This document shows, piece by piece, positions 50,720 to 61,833 of a DNA stretch of 64,000 bases. The stretch is taken from contig CAXXIN010000009.1 of the NCBI GenBank assembly GCA_963665275.2, positions 32,001 through 96,000 on the forward strand, read 5' to 3'. The number at the start of each line of letters is the position of its first letter. Within the stretch, counting starts at the first letter, position 1. The stretch is from Negativicutes bacterium (GTDB lineage: Bacteria; Bacillota; Negativicutes; UBA1444). The notes under the pieces are model-generated. The model saw only the letters and a list, made by a program, of their open reading frames with translations, was not told where the DNA came from and did not search any database. The translations under genes were made by a program, and so were the position numbers.

Positions 50720-51205
50720 CTACAAACGGTTGTCGCCTTTATTCACCGTCTTGATAACGAACACACCAGTATCTAGCAATAACTCCACCGTTCTTCCGTA
50801 ATTTCCGCCGACATCCTCCGCCACGAGACGAATGGAAAGCGATTTCAGAACCTCACGCACGGCTTCCGCATTTCGATCGCCAATCCGCATTACGTCTGTT
50901 GCCTGAGCAAAGTTGAACATCTGTGATCCTCCGGCAATCTTGGCTGTCATTCTGCTCTTTACCCCACCCAGTCGCAATACCTGCTCCAATAATACAGGGA
51001 GCGCCGTATCGGCAAACTTGGCATGGTTATCGGTAGCTCTCGCCTGCGTGCTGTCCGGAAGCATAATATGAGCCAACCCGCCCACCTTGGTAATCGAATC
51101 ATATAAAGCAATCCCCACGCAAGATCCCAGTCCATATGAAATTAAACTGTCGGGATTTCTCCCTACTTTCAGGTCGGCCATGCCCACCTTGATAAGTTCC
51201 GGCAT
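50720..51205 (-). CDS. cheD: Chemoreceptor glutamine deamidase CheD
   Basis: GLGSCVGIALYD, GGLAHIMLP, KFADTA, KIAGGSQMF; ATG at 51205. Confidence 0.95.
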   Translation of the reverse strand: MPELIKVGMADLKVGRNPDSLISYGLGSCVGIALYDSITKVGGLAHIMLPDSTQARATDNHAKFADTALPVLLEQVLRLGGVKSRMTAKIAGGSQMFNFAQATDVMRIGDRNAEAVREVLKSLSIRLVAEDVGGNYGRTVELLLDTGVFVIKTVNKGDNRL

Positions 51206-51831
51206 TATTCGCTCACCCCTAAAAGTGCTGAGAATGACATTGAGCGAACCCGGATCGGGAATGAGGAAAAAATGGCCCGCGCACATCATTAGCTTCCGTT
51301 GCGAATTCCGTCTCGATGACCAGAGCATAATCGCCCACTTGACCCAGTTGGATAAGGATCACACTAAGAATAGCGCCTGCCATATCCATCGCCAAAGCCG
51401 GTAATGAAGGCAGGAGTGTCATCTTGGTGAAGTAAGACAGAGCATTGAGGAAAGATCCTGCCAAAATATTACCGATCTCCATAAGGGCCGATTCATCCAT
51501 CGCATTTAAAACCTCAGTGGTTCCGTGTTCACGGCCCATCGCCATGTCAACCAGGGCAAAGGCGCTATCACGCGGCAGCAAAAACAAAATGCTGCTGGGA
51601 GCCGGGCCAAATACTCTTAAATATACCCCGGCGACCATAGTGTCCGGGGCCACCCACAACGTCGGGAACCTCACTTAGCGGCAAAATGTTCAGTCGGGGA
51701 ACCGACATGTCGATTTTGCGGTTGATTATCTGCGACAGGGCTGTAGCAGCATTCCCGGCGCCAATGTTGCCAATTTCCCGCAAAGCATCCAACTGCATCG
51801 GGGAAAGTGACAGAACTTCGTCCTTCTCCAA
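51205..51831 (-). CDS. cheC: CheY-P phosphatase CheC, frameshifted (probable sequencing errors)
   Basis: DALREIGNIGAGNAATALS and SALMEIGNIL in different frames. Extra bases near 51647, 51277 and 51222. Confidence 0.9.
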
Positions 51832-51841
51832 ACCAATCACC

Positions 51842-52296
51842 TCACGCCTGAGAATTACTTACGATAGCATCGGGGTTCAGCATAATAAACAAACGATTAT
51901 CAGCTTTGGCAATGCCGCTGATATATTTCCGTAGAAAGGCCGCTGGACAAGGCATTGGCAGTTTCAACATTACCGGTGTTGATGGTTGTTACTTCAACCA
52001 CTTCATCTACGATGAATCCCACAATGCTCTCATTCACTAATACGACAATAATCCGGGCGGCTTCAGTCAGGTCTCCTTCTGCCAACCCTAGACGGGAACG
52101 CAGATCAAACACTGGCAATACACTGCCGCGCAAATTGATAACTCCCTTGATAAAGGAAGGCGTTGCAGGCACTCGTGTTATCCCCATCATGCGCTTTATT
52201 TCCTGTATCCGGAGAATGTCCCATACCATATTCTTCGCGCCCCAGTTTGAAAATAATTAATTTCAATTCATCAGTCATTGTATCAATGTCCGCCAT
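51842..52296 (-). CDS. cheW: Chemotaxis coupling protein CheW, frameshifted (probable sequencing errors)
   Basis: IIFKLGREEYG, ITRVP..P.FIKGVINLRG, GFIVDEVVEV. Confidence 0.9.
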
Positions 52297-52311
52297 CGCG
52301 CAACCTCCTCA

Positions 52312-54379
52312 TCATCCGAGCGCATTCACATCAAGAATCAATACGACCTGCCCATCACCCAGGATTGTTGCGCCAGCAATCTGCCGTATTCCCGTCAACA
52401 GTTTACCCAGTGATTTGATGACAATTTCCTGTTGTCCAACCAGCGAATCGACAAGCAGACCGATCTTGTTATCCCCTGCCTGCACAATCACCACATACAA
52501 CTCTTGGCTGTCTTCAAAATCTGCCGCTTCCATAATGCCTAATTTTTTGCCGAGCCGAACCAACGGAATAATCTGACCCACGCAGTAAAATAACCTCCTG
52601 CTGCTGTATCGTCCCGGATATCCGCAGGAGTGATATTGATGGTACTGTCAATCGACCCCAGCGGAATCGCATAGGTTTCTTCATGAACCTGAATCAACAG
52701 AGCCTGAATGATAGCCAGTGTAAGTGGCAACCGAATCCGCACCCGGGTTCCTTGCCCCGGGGTGGAGTCCAGTTCGAGAGCTCCGCCCAGAGCTTCGATT
52801 TTGGTACGAACCGCGTCCATGCCTACACCGCGTCCTGAAACGTCGGTAACCGCTTCGGCCGTTGAAAATCCGGGCAAAAAAACCCAATTTCATCACATCA
52901 TTGGTATCCATAACATCCAGATCAGCCTTGGTCACCAGCCCTTTTTCCAGCGCTTTCTGCTTGATGACCCTCAGCCTTGAGACCCTTGCCATCATCAGTG
53001 ACCATCAGCAATACATTATTTCCTTCGTGTCGGGCAATCAGTCGGACTTCGCCGATTGGATTCTTGCCGGCTGCCACCCGGTCCGCCGTTTTTTCAATAC
53101 CATGGTCGATGGAGTTGCGCAGCAGGTGCACCCAGCGGATCGCCGATCTCATCGATAACCGTTCGGTCCAGTTCAGTCTCTTCCCCCTGGATAATGAGAT
53201 TGATCTCCTTGCCAAGGCTGATGCGATAAATCACGAACCATACGGGGGAAAACGGTTGAATACCTGACCTACGGGAACCATCCGCAGCTTCATCACGACT
53301 CCCTGTAGATCTGTAGTTACCCTGTCCATCTGTTCAATGGCTTCGCTCAGCTCCTGCAGCTGATTGGACAATCCGATCTGCTGACAACCGGGTTTTGTTA
53401 ATCACCAGTTCACCGACTAAATTCAACAAGGAGTCCAATTTTTCAGCATCGACCCGCCAGCAAGGCACGCCCTTTACTTTTGGCGGCGCCGGCAGCCGTG
53501 TCTGGTTTAAGAGCTTTAGCGGCTTCCTCGCCAGGGTGCGTAGCAGCAACAACGGCAGGGCCCGCGACCGGGGAGACAGGTATGCCTGCGTCAGCCGTCT
53601 GCCTCTCGACCTCTGCCGAATTACGCAAGAAGTTGCCGTGACAGTTTCAATTTCTGCGATGGATAAAACCGTTTCTCGAATTTTGTCCGCTGTATTATCC
53701 GTTACGATGAGAACGGTGGAACTCATGCCCGAAGTTATCCTTTTCCAATTCGTCCACTACCGGCTCGGTTTTAATGACATCACCCAATTCATCAAGTGCT
53801 TTCATGGCCATATACGCGCGAACGGATTTTCAACAAAGTACCCTGCCGCAAGCCAATCGTAAGCTCAAACACTTGCAATCCCTGTGAAGTAGCTGACCGG
53901 ACCAATTCAGACTCTGTGTCGTTGAGAGACATTTGTGTTGAACCTGCAGCAGTACAAACCGTCTCGGGCTTTTTAACGGCATTGACAACCTGAGGTGTTT
54001 CACCTTTTGCCAATGACGCCAGTTTGGCAGACAACGCTGAAACATCTACTCCGCCAGGTTGCCCATTGGCGACTTCTTCAACCAATTGCTCCAAACGATC
54101 AACACACTGGAATAAAGTATCAATAATATCGGCATGAGCTTTCAACGTTCCCTTGCGCAAAAGATCCAAAACGTTTTCCATTTCATGCGTCAATTCGGCA
54201 ATGGCCGTATACCCCATCGTTGCCGACATCCCCTTTGATTGTATGGGCACTGCGGAATATCTCATCCAGGATATGCAAATCGCCGGGTTCATGCTCCAAA
54301 TCCAGGACGCATCGATTCAGCGTCTGCAAGTGTTCCTTGATTCCTCCAAAAATATGCCCAGATACTGGTTGACATCCAT
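52312..54379 (-). CDS. cheA: Chemotaxis histidine kinase CheA, multiply frameshifted (probable sequencing errors)
   Basis: FRSAHTIKG (HPt), LLNLVGELVI, HLLRNSIDHGIE, SGRGVGMDAV, LPLTLAII and GATILGDG spread over several frames; ATG at 54379. Confidence 0.92.
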
Positions 54380-55498
54380 TTACTTGCCCCCCCTCTTCAA
54401 ACACTGCACAATTCCTTCCGCAACGCGGGGCAATGGCAGCACGATATCTACAACACCTGCTTCAATCGCTGCCTTGGGCATGCCAAAAACCACAGCTGTT
54501 GACTGATCCTCGGCAATTGTCAGCCTTTCATCCGTTTGATCGCCTGCATGCCTTTGGCTCCATCATGCCCCATTCCCGTTAGAATGACTCCAACCGTTTT
54601 GGCGCCAAAAAATTTCAGAAACGGATACCATCATCGGATCAACCGCCGGACGCAATCCGCCAATAGCAGGCTCCTTGTTCAGCTTAATGAAAGTTCCGCC
54701 GGCATCCCGCCGAAGAGTCAGGTGATAGTCGCCAGGTGCCACGAAAAACCGTCCTGCTACTAACCGGTCATTATCTTCCGCTTCCTTGACCGTCAGCTCA
54801 CACAGTGAATTCAACCGATCCGCCAGTGATTTGGTGAAGCCAGGAGGCATATGCTGAACTACGATGGATGGGCAGGCAAACTCCCTGGCAACTGAGTCAG
54901 TACTTCCTGCAAAGCCCGCGGCCCCCCGGTGGATGTCCCGATCGCCACGATCCAGTCGCTCATTCCCGGAATGTCCATCGTTTTAGCTGACACAGCCGGC
55001 TGAGGCTTAGCCACGGATATGACTGGCGCTGCCTGAATCGGAGCTGCAGGTTTGAGTGTGACCGGCCGAAATGTCGGCTTTGCTGCCGACATTAGGCGGG
55101 CCCCGCTGATTCCTTTAATCGCACGGCATTTCTGAAAGAAGTTCGCTGGCAATATCATCGATTCGCGATATCGGGCCAGCACTTTTCGCGACAAAATCCA
55201 CTGCACCCAGACTGAGAGCTTTAATCGTCGCCTCCGCACCCGATTGAGTCAAACTGCTGACCATGATCACAGGCGTCGGTTTAACCGCCATTATTTTTTC
55301 CAACGCGGAAAGACCGTCAAGCACCGGCATCTCAATATCAAGTGTCACAACATCCGGTGAAAGCAGCAAAATCTTCTCAATAGCTTCAGCTCCATTTCTG
55401 GCTACATCCACTACTTCAAAGTCACTCTCACCCTTGAATAGATCTGTTAGTACTTTCCGCATAAAAGCCGAATCGTCAACCACCAACACCCGAATCAA
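54380..55498 (-). CDS. cheB: Chemotaxis methylesterase CheB, multiply frameshifted (probable sequencing errors)
   Basis: Receiver domain VLVVDDSAFMR...LDIEMP; catalytic GTSTGGPRAL, HMPPGFT, RPAVDPM. Confidence 0.92.
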
Positions 55499-55568
55499 AA
55501 ATATCCCCCCATACTTGGTATTCGCCTATGCGCACCTAAAACCATTTAAATGCCCTTAACTATAATTA

Positions 55569-56462
55569 TCAAAACCGCACTATCCCCTGGCGAGCAGTCG
55601 CTGAAAAAGTCCACGAATACCGCGGGGAAACAGGTAAATCCTCCCCAAAAATAAGGGAATGGGCTATTCGTTCGATACATCGCGCCGCAACGCTGTCCGG
55701 ATAGGCAATCATAAAGGGTACCTGACTGGATACGGCCTTTTGAACCATGCGATCTTCAAAGATAAAGCCCAAATGGGAAATCGGCACTCCCAGGAAGCGC
55801 TGCGAAACTTTGGAAAGCTTATTCACCACGCCTTCGCCTTCTGCCACTTCACGAACCCGGTTCACGACCAGACGGATCGGAGAGGTTCCGGCATGGGATG
55901 CATAAGTTTTGATCACCGCGTATGCATCTGTAACCGCCGTGGGCTCAGGCGTCGTTATCACAACTACTTCATCGGCCGCCATGACAAAATTCAATACCAT
56001 TCGGTTCAAACCAGCGCCCGTATCAATCAGTATAATATCGGCCCAGTTGTCAAATTGCCCCACCTGGCCTAAAAAAAACTGCAGCTGGACATCGGACAAG
56101 TTTGCCAGATCATACATGCCAGAACCACCGGAGATAAATTTAATCCCCAGAGGCCCGTCTGCGACGACGTCACTCAGGGAATATCCCTGCTGCATGACCT
56201 GCAAAAGATTGCCTGGCGGCGAGCAACCGAGAATCACATCGACATTGGATAGTCCCAGATCAGCATCAATGACGAGAATCTTCTTCCCCATTCTGGCAAA
56301 TGCAACAGCCAGCGCCACCGTAAAATTGGTTTTTCCTACGCCGCCTTTCCCGCTTGTCACCGTTAAAACACGGGCGCTTGTCTGGATCGGCTTAAGAATG
56401 GCACTGCGAGCAGACCCTGACATTTCATTCAGTTGACGTAATTTATTAGCCTGGTCGTTCAT
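55569..56462 (-). CDS. flhG: MinD/ParA-family flagellar number regulator FlhG
   Basis: TSGKGGVGKT, IDADLGL, IDTGAG, TTPEPTAVTDAY, located after flhF. The C-terminus is probably frameshifted (true stop likely at 55580). Confidence 0.9.
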   Translation of the reverse strand: MNDQANKLRQLNEMSGSARSAILKPIQTSARVLTVTSGKGGVGKTNFTVALAVAFARMGKKILVIDADLGLSNVDVILGCSPPGNLLQVMQQGYSLSDVVADGPLGIKFISGGSGMYDLANLSDVQLQFFLGQVGQFDNWADIILIDTGAGLNRMVLNFVMAADEVVVITTPEPTAVTDAYAVIKTYASHAGTSPIRLVVNRVREVAEGEGVVNKLSKVSQRFLGVPISHLGFIFEDRMVQKAVSSQVPFMIAYPDSVAARCIERIAHSLIFGEDLPVSPRYSWTFSATARQGIVRF

Positions 56463-57577
56463 TTTACGCCTCTCAACATTAAATTAGTCAACCGTTCGGG
56501 TTCAGCCAACTCAATATCATCGGGAACATTTTGTCCAGTTGTGATATAGGATAAAGGTTTGGGTTCATGATAAAGGAGGCTGAAAACCGTTCCCAAATTA
56601 CAGGCCTCGTCAATCTTGGTAAATAAATATTTTTGCGGATTCGAGTTCTGAAAGCGTTGCACAGCATCCAGACATTCGGTAAATTTCGTCGTTGCACTCA
56701 ATACAAGATGTTTCTCAATATTTGTATCCACGGCCATCAAAGCTTCCAACTCCACCATCTGCGGCTGATTCGCCGGGCTCCTTCCCGCCGTGTCTATGAG
56801 TACCAATTGTTTGTCCTGATGACGATACAGAGCATTGCTCAACTCTTGAGGCGTGTAAACGACTTCGATGGGGATTCCTATCAGGTCGGCATAAGTTTTC
56901 AATTGTTCCACCGCTGCGATTCGATAGGTATCCGCCGTGATCAGGGCAACGCGATATTTTTCCCGCAACGCGAAATTCGCCGCCAGCTTCGCAACAGTTG
57001 TCGTTTTTCCTACCCCGGTCGGCCCCACCAAAGATACCACTTTGCAATATCCCTGCCGAACAACGATTCCCTCAGCCGTTTGAAAAAAAGGTGCGATGCG
57101 TTCGCGCAATCGAGGATAAATAGTATTCACGTTGTTGGACGCCATTCCCTGAAACAAAGCATCTGCCGCTGCTGACTCAATATCATTCTTCCGCGCCCAT
57201 TCCAGTAAAGGATTGGGTTTCTTTTCAGGAACTGGCGCCACCACATTTTGGGCGGAAACGTTTTGTATCGAAGCCATAGCCGTTTCAAGCGTTTTTCTCA
57301 TGCTGGCCAATTCCAGATGGACAGCCAGAATCTTTGCATTTTCCGTTTCTTCTTTTATAATAGCTTTTTCACGAACCGGCGCCAAGGGCTTGGGCTGCGG
57401 GTTCGATGTCGGATCAATCGCGGCTGTGACTTCAACAATCTCCGTCGCCAACATGCCCAAAAAGCCGCCCTGACGTAGCCGACGGGTTTGCACGATCACC
57501 GCATCACGCCCCATATCCGCTTTCACTTCGGCCAAGGCTTCCGCCAACGTAGGCGCCCTATAAGTCTTGACTCTCAA
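56459..57577 (-). CDS. flhF: SRP-type GTPase FlhF
   Basis: GPTGVGKTTTVAKLAA, DTYRIAAVEQL, IDTAGRS, TKIDE, GQNVPDDI. Confidence 0.96.
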   Translation of the reverse strand: MRVKTYRAPTLAEALAEVKADMGRDAVIVQTRRLRQGGFLGMLATEIVEVTAAIDPTSNPQPKPLAPVREKAIIKEETENAKILAVHLELASMRKTLETAMASIQNVSAQNVVAPVPEKKPNPLLEWARKNDIESAAADALFQGMASNNVNTIYPRLRERIAPFFQTAEGIVVRQGYCKVVSLVGPTGVGKTTTVAKLAANFALREKYRVALITADTYRIAAVEQLKTYADLIGIPIEVVYTPQELSNALYRHQDKQLVLIDTAGRSPANQPQMVELEALMAVDTNIEKHLVLSATTKFTECLDAVQRFQNSNPQKYLFTKIDEACNLGTVFSLLYHEPKPLSYITTGQNVPDDIELAEPERLTNLMLRGVK

Positions 57578-59641
57578 TTAGATTTTCACCATCCCCAAAG
57601 ATTGAATTTCAATTTGATTCTCCAACTCGGCAAAAGACAGGATAACCAAGTTGGGAGCGATACGCTCGGTGATTTTGCGAACATATAATCGGGAGGCAGG
57701 GCTTGTAAGCAGTATTGGATGATAACCGGCCGAGGTGAGCTTCTGCAGTTCTTTCGACAGACTGGCTATCAATTGCTGCATAGATCCAGGATCCAAGCTA
57801 ACAAAACTTCCCCGATCTGAATGTTGAACGGAAGCCACGATCTGATTTTCAGTCTGAGGATCCAGTGTCAGACAGGTAATTGTATTGTTTTGAATATATT
57901 GGCGCGTAATATTACGGGAAAGCGCCCGTCGAACATATTCAGCCAGAATCTCAGGATCTTTGGTAAAAGTTGCAGAATCAGCCAATGTTTCCATGATCGT
58001 TACCAAGTCTCTGACAGGAACTCGCTCCCGTAGCAAACAGACAAGAACTTTCTGTATTTCACCCAAAGACATCATCGCCGGTACCAGCTCGGAAACTACA
58101 GCAGGATGATCTTGCTTGACTGAATCGACTAGTGTTTGTACATCTTGGCGCCCAAGAAGCTCGTCAGAATGGCCCTTCACTACTTCTGTCAAGTGAGTTG
58201 CCAGTACGGAAATCGGATCAACCACGGTATAACCTGATAGTTCGGCCCGTTCTCGATAAGCTTCATTGATCCAGATGGCAGGCAGGCCAAAGGCAGGTTC
58301 GATAGTTTCTTCGCCTGGAATGGTGTCGGAAACTGTGCCTGGATTCATTGCCAAAAAGTGATCAAGTAATAATTCGCCCTTGGCAACCTCAATTCCCTTT
58401 ATTTTAATCACATATGCGCTCGGTTTTAATTGAATATTATCGCGGATGCGTATTGTTGGCACCACGATTCCCATTTCCAGCGCACACTGCCGGCGGATCA
58501 TGACCACGCGGTCCAATAAATTTCCACCTTGCGCCACATCAACAAGGGGAATCAGACTATATCCGATTTCCAGTTCAATCGGATCAACCTGTAGCAACGA
58601 CACGATACTTTCCGGTTTGCGGACTTCTTCCCGTTCCTTTTCCTCTAGCTTGCTGACTTCCGTTTCAGCTGCAGTTTTGGCCGTTTTTTGCAGAATATAG
58701 CCCACGCCGGCAATTATAATCGCGATGGAAACAAAGGGAATTCCCGGAAGGCCAGGCACAGCAGCCAACAGAGTAAGCACCGCCGCCACCAAAAAAAACA
58801 CACGGGGGTAAGCCAACAGTTGTGCGGCGATATCATGACCTAAATTGTTCTCGGAAGCTGCCCGCGTCACCACCAAGCCGGTTGCCGTCGAAATGAGCAG
58901 GGCAGGAATCTGATTGACGAGACCCTCCCCCACGGTTAATAATGTATAGGTTTGCAGCGCCTGCAACACGGACATATCCCGTTGGACCATACCAATAATA
59001 AACCCACCCAAAATATTGACGACAATAATAACAATGGCCGCGATCGCGTCCCCTTTAACGAACTTGCTCGCGCCGTCCATAGCTCCGTAAAAATCAGCTT
59101 CCCGCTGAATGTTGCGGCGGCGCGTTCGAGCTTCTGTATCGTTGATTAAGCCCGCGTTAAGGTCAGCATCAATCGCCATCTGTTTTCCGGGCATGGCATC
59201 GAGTGTGAACCGGGCCGCGACTTCCGCCACGCGCTCTGCGCCCCGCGTAATGACGATAAACTGAATGAGAATGAGAATGATAAACACGATGAAACCTACT
59301 ACTGCATTACCGCCGACGACGAAAGTTCCGAAAGCCATGATTACCTCTCCTGCATACCCATACAGCAGGATCAGACGAGTTGAAGAAACATTCAGCGCCA
59401 GTCGGAACAAGGTCGTGACCAGTAACAGCGAAGGAAAAACCGAAAATTGCAACGGTTCCACATTATAGATGGAAATCATTACAATCGTCAATGACAAAGT
59501 TATATTGAGCGCCAACAATAAATCCAGCAAAAACGGTGGCAAGGGAATAATCATCATGATGACGATAGTAACCACGCCTAGTGCCAGAATGACATCGCTG
59601 AACTGATTCAATTTACTGATGATCAAGTTTTTTTCAGTCAT
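57578..59641 (-). CDS. flhA: Flagellar export protein FlhA
   Basis: RVAEVAARFTLDAMPGKQMAIDADL, FYGAMDGASKFVKGDA. Confidence 0.97.
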   Translation of the reverse strand: MTEKNLIISKLNQFSDVILALGVVTIVIMMIIPLPPFLLDLLLALNITLSLTIVMISIYNVEPLQFSVFPSLLLVTTLFRLALNVSSTRLILLYGYAGEVIMAFGTFVVGGNAVVGFIVFIILILIQFIVITRGAERVAEVAARFTLDAMPGKQMAIDADLNAGLINDTEARTRRRNIQREADFYGAMDGASKFVKGDAIAAIVIIVVNILGGFIIGMVQRDMSVLQALQTYTLLTVGEGLVNQIPALLISTATGLVVTRAASENNLGHDIAAQLLAYPRVFFLVAAVLTLLAAVPGLPGIPFVSIAIIIAGVGYILQKTAKTAAETEVSKLEEKEREEVRKPESIVSLLQVDPIELEIGYSLIPLVDVAQGGNLLDRVVMIRRQCALEMGIVVPTIRIRDNIQLKPSAYVIKIKGIEVAKGELLLDHFLAMNPGTVSDTIPGEETIEPAFGLPAIWINEAYRERAELSGYTVVDPISVLATHLTEVVKGHSDELLGRQDVQTLVDSVKQDHPAVVSELVPAMMSLGEIQKVLVCLLRERVPVRDLVTIMETLADSATFTKDPEILAEYVRRALSRNITRQYIQNNTITCLTLDPQTENQIVASVQHSDRGSFVSLDPGSMQQLIASLSKELQKLTSAGYHPILLTSPASRLYVRKITERIAPNLVILSFAELENQIEIQSLGMVKI

Positions 59642-59661
59642 GCATTATCTCCAACCCATAA

Positions 59662-60807
59662 TCAAGAATACTTTCGTTTCAAACGATACACATAAGCCAA
59701 CACTTCCGCAACAGCCTTGTATAGGTCTGGGGGAACGAAGTCACCAACTTCTGCATGCTTGAACAATGCTTGCGCCAACGGTTTATTTTCAACGATAACC
59801 ACATCATTTTCTTTGGCTATTTCTCTGATCCTTAGCGCGATAAAATCAGAACCCTTGGCAATCACGGTGGGTGCATCCATGCCTGATTCATACTTCAAAG
59901 CAACGGCAAAATGGGTTGGATTCGTTACGATTACATCGGCTTTGGGAACTTCGGACATCATACGCCGCATCGCCATCGCGCGCTGCTTTTCACGGATTTT
60001 TCCTTTGATCTGGGGATTCCCCTCTGTCTGTTTCATTTCTTCTTTTACTTCTTGTTTACTCATCTTGAGGTTTTGCATATGTTCCCACCACTGGTACCCG
60101 TAATCAAGAATCGCCAAAACCAGTATGACCATTGCGATTTGAAAGGCCAGGTCGTAGATGATGGCAGAAAGAACGGCAAACGACTCTGCAAGTTCGGACA
60201 TCATCAGTGCAGGAATCCGAACAGTTTCCTGTCGTATGAAACGATATATGAAATAGCCCACTACCGTAATTTTCACAAGCGACTTCACAAGTTCAACCAG
60301 GGAACGCTTCGAAAAAATACGGCCAAAACCGGCAATAGGATTAATCCGGCTGAACTGAGGCATAATCGTATCAGGCGTAAAAGCAAAACCAACTTGCATA
60401 AAGGATACGACGACCGACACTACAAGCACGGACACCATAATCGGCAAAATCGCTTCCAGAAAAACCATGCCAGCATTCATAATCACAACGTGAATCGACT
60501 GGATGGTAAAATCGCCGCGAACGTCCAATCCTCCAAAAATAAACCGCATGTAGCCGGTAAGTTTCTCATAAATATAAGGGCTGGCAGTCTTCAATGCGAC
60601 AAATGCCGCCAAAATAACAAATACCGAACTAAGTTCGGCGCTTTTTGCGACCTGCCCCTTTTTTCGACTTTCATCCTGCTTGCGTTGCGTCGGCTCTTCG
60701 GTTTTCTCCGAGGAATCAAAGCGCTGCAGATCAAAGACAAATTGTTTGACAGCGTTATGGTGCGAGGATTTCCAATATACGGGAAAAATCCCGATAAACG
60801 CCTTCAA
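59662..60807 (-). CDS. flhB: Flagellar export protein FlhB
   Basis: EKTEEPT, EGNPQIK, NPTH autocleavage site, AVAEVLAYVY. Likely TTG start at 60807 after GGAGG, inside fliR. Confidence 0.95.
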   Translation of the reverse strand: MKAFIGIFPVYWKSSHHNAVKQFVFDLQRFDSSEKTEEPTQRKQDESRKKGQVAKSAELSSVFVILAAFVALKTASPYIYEKLTGYMRFIFGGLDVRGDFTIQSIHVVIMNAGMVFLEAILPIMVSVLVVSVVVSFMQVGFAFTPDTIMPQFSRINPIAGFGRIFSKRSLVELVKSLVKITVVGYFIYRFIRQETVRIPALMMSELAESFAVLSAIIYDLAFQIAMVILVLAILDYGYQWWEHMQNLKMSKQEVKEEMKQTEGNPQIKGKIREKQRAMAMRRMMSEVPKADVIVTNPTHFAVALKYESGMDAPTVIAKGSDFIALRIREIAKENDVVIVENKPLAQALFKHAEVGDFVPPDLYKAVAEVLAYVYRLKRKYS

Positions 60808-61537
60808 ATCCAACCTCCAAAAATGATACATAAAAGGGCAAGATCAAAAACAACATGAACAATCCGACTAGAAGCTTGCCAGTGATGCCGACGACAAACA
60901 CATTCATTTGCGGCATAATCCGGGCCAGAATACCTAGAGCAACGTCGGTCATCAGAACGGTTCCCATTACAGGCAAAGATATTTTAAGCGCCATAACAAA
61001 CATGTTTGCTACGGCATTTATCATAAACTCGGCGGCATTATCCAACTGGATTAGCACACCCAACGGAACGGCCCGAAAATTTTCGGCCATTGCCGAAATA
61101 ATCATATGATGTCCCTGTAATGCAAGAAAAACGGACATGGCCATCAGAAACTTGAAATTGCCGACTAACGGCACCTGTTGGCCGAACTGCGGATCGAAAA
61201 CATTCACCATCCCGAATCCAATTTGCATATCAATCAGTTGGCCCGCCATCTGTACAGACTGCATAAACAGTGATGCGACAAAACCAGCGGACAGTCCGTA
61301 AATCACTTCAATCATCAACCACCATGCCAATAGGGTCAACGACGTTGGTTGACGGTTTTCCGCCAGGGTCGACATCGGCAGCATGAATAGTGAAAGAAGA
61401 ACGGCCAAGCCCACCCGCGCAAAAACAGGAATCGCCTTACTGCCAAAAACCGGCGCACTAGTCAGAGTGCCGGTAATACGGGCAAATATCAGTAAAAACT
61501 GAATGAATTGATTGGTGAGATCAGCCGGGAATTCCAC
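60755..61537 (-). CDS. fliR: Flagellar export protein FliR
   Basis: AGQLIDMQIGFGM..VFDP, ARIMPQMNVFVVG. Confidence 0.95.
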   Translation of the reverse strand: MEFPADLTNQFIQFLLIFARITGTLTSAPVFGSKAIPVFARVGLAVLLSLFMLPMSTLAENRQPTSLTLLAWWLMIEVIYGLSAGFVASLFMQSVQMAGQLIDMQIGFGMVNVFDPQFGQQVPLVGNFKFLMAMSVFLALQGHHMIISAMAENFRAVPLGVLIQLDNAAEFMINAVANMFVMALKISLPVMGTVLMTDVALGILARIMPQMNVFVVGITGKLLVGLFMLFLILPFYVSFLEVGFEGVYRDFSRILEILAP

Positions 61538-61539
61538 AG

Positions 61540-61809
61540 CTAACGAATTACCATGTCAAATGATGTGAAGATTTCGCGCGTATAATCAACCAACGTTGCC
61601 AGAATCCATGGACCAAATAAGAGAATCGCCACAAATGTGGCGATAATTTTGGGCACAAAGACCAGTGTTTGTTCCTGGATTTGCGTCGTTGCCTGAAAAA
61701 TACTGACCACGACCCCAACGATCAGTCCCAGCCCCAGCATGGGCGCTGCTACCAACATCACGACATAAAGAGCTTCCCTTCCGATCTGGACGGCAATATC
61801 CTGCGTCAT
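61540..61809 (-). CDS. fliQ: Flagellar export protein FliQ
   Basis: SIFQATTQIQEQTLVFVPKI. Confidence 0.96.
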   Translation of the reverse strand: MTQDIAVQIGREALYVVMLVAAPMLGLGLIVGVVVSIFQATTQIQEQTLVFVPKIIATFVAILLFGPWILATLVDYTREIFTSFDMVIR

Positions 61810-61833
61810 GCTTCTGTTGCGCCTCCTAAAGCT

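Noticed and set aside
50720-51328. Apparent N-terminally extended CheD or CheC-CheD fusion in the ORF track
   Set aside because: The extension is the frameshifted end of cheC; the corrected cheC stops at a TAATG overlap with cheD at 51205.
59911-60858. 315-aa plus-strand ORF opposite flhB (and similar ones opposite tsf/rpsB, fliA, pnp, polC, truB)
   Set aside because: Mirror frames of real genes with no recognisable domains. No plus-strand gene is supportable in this window.
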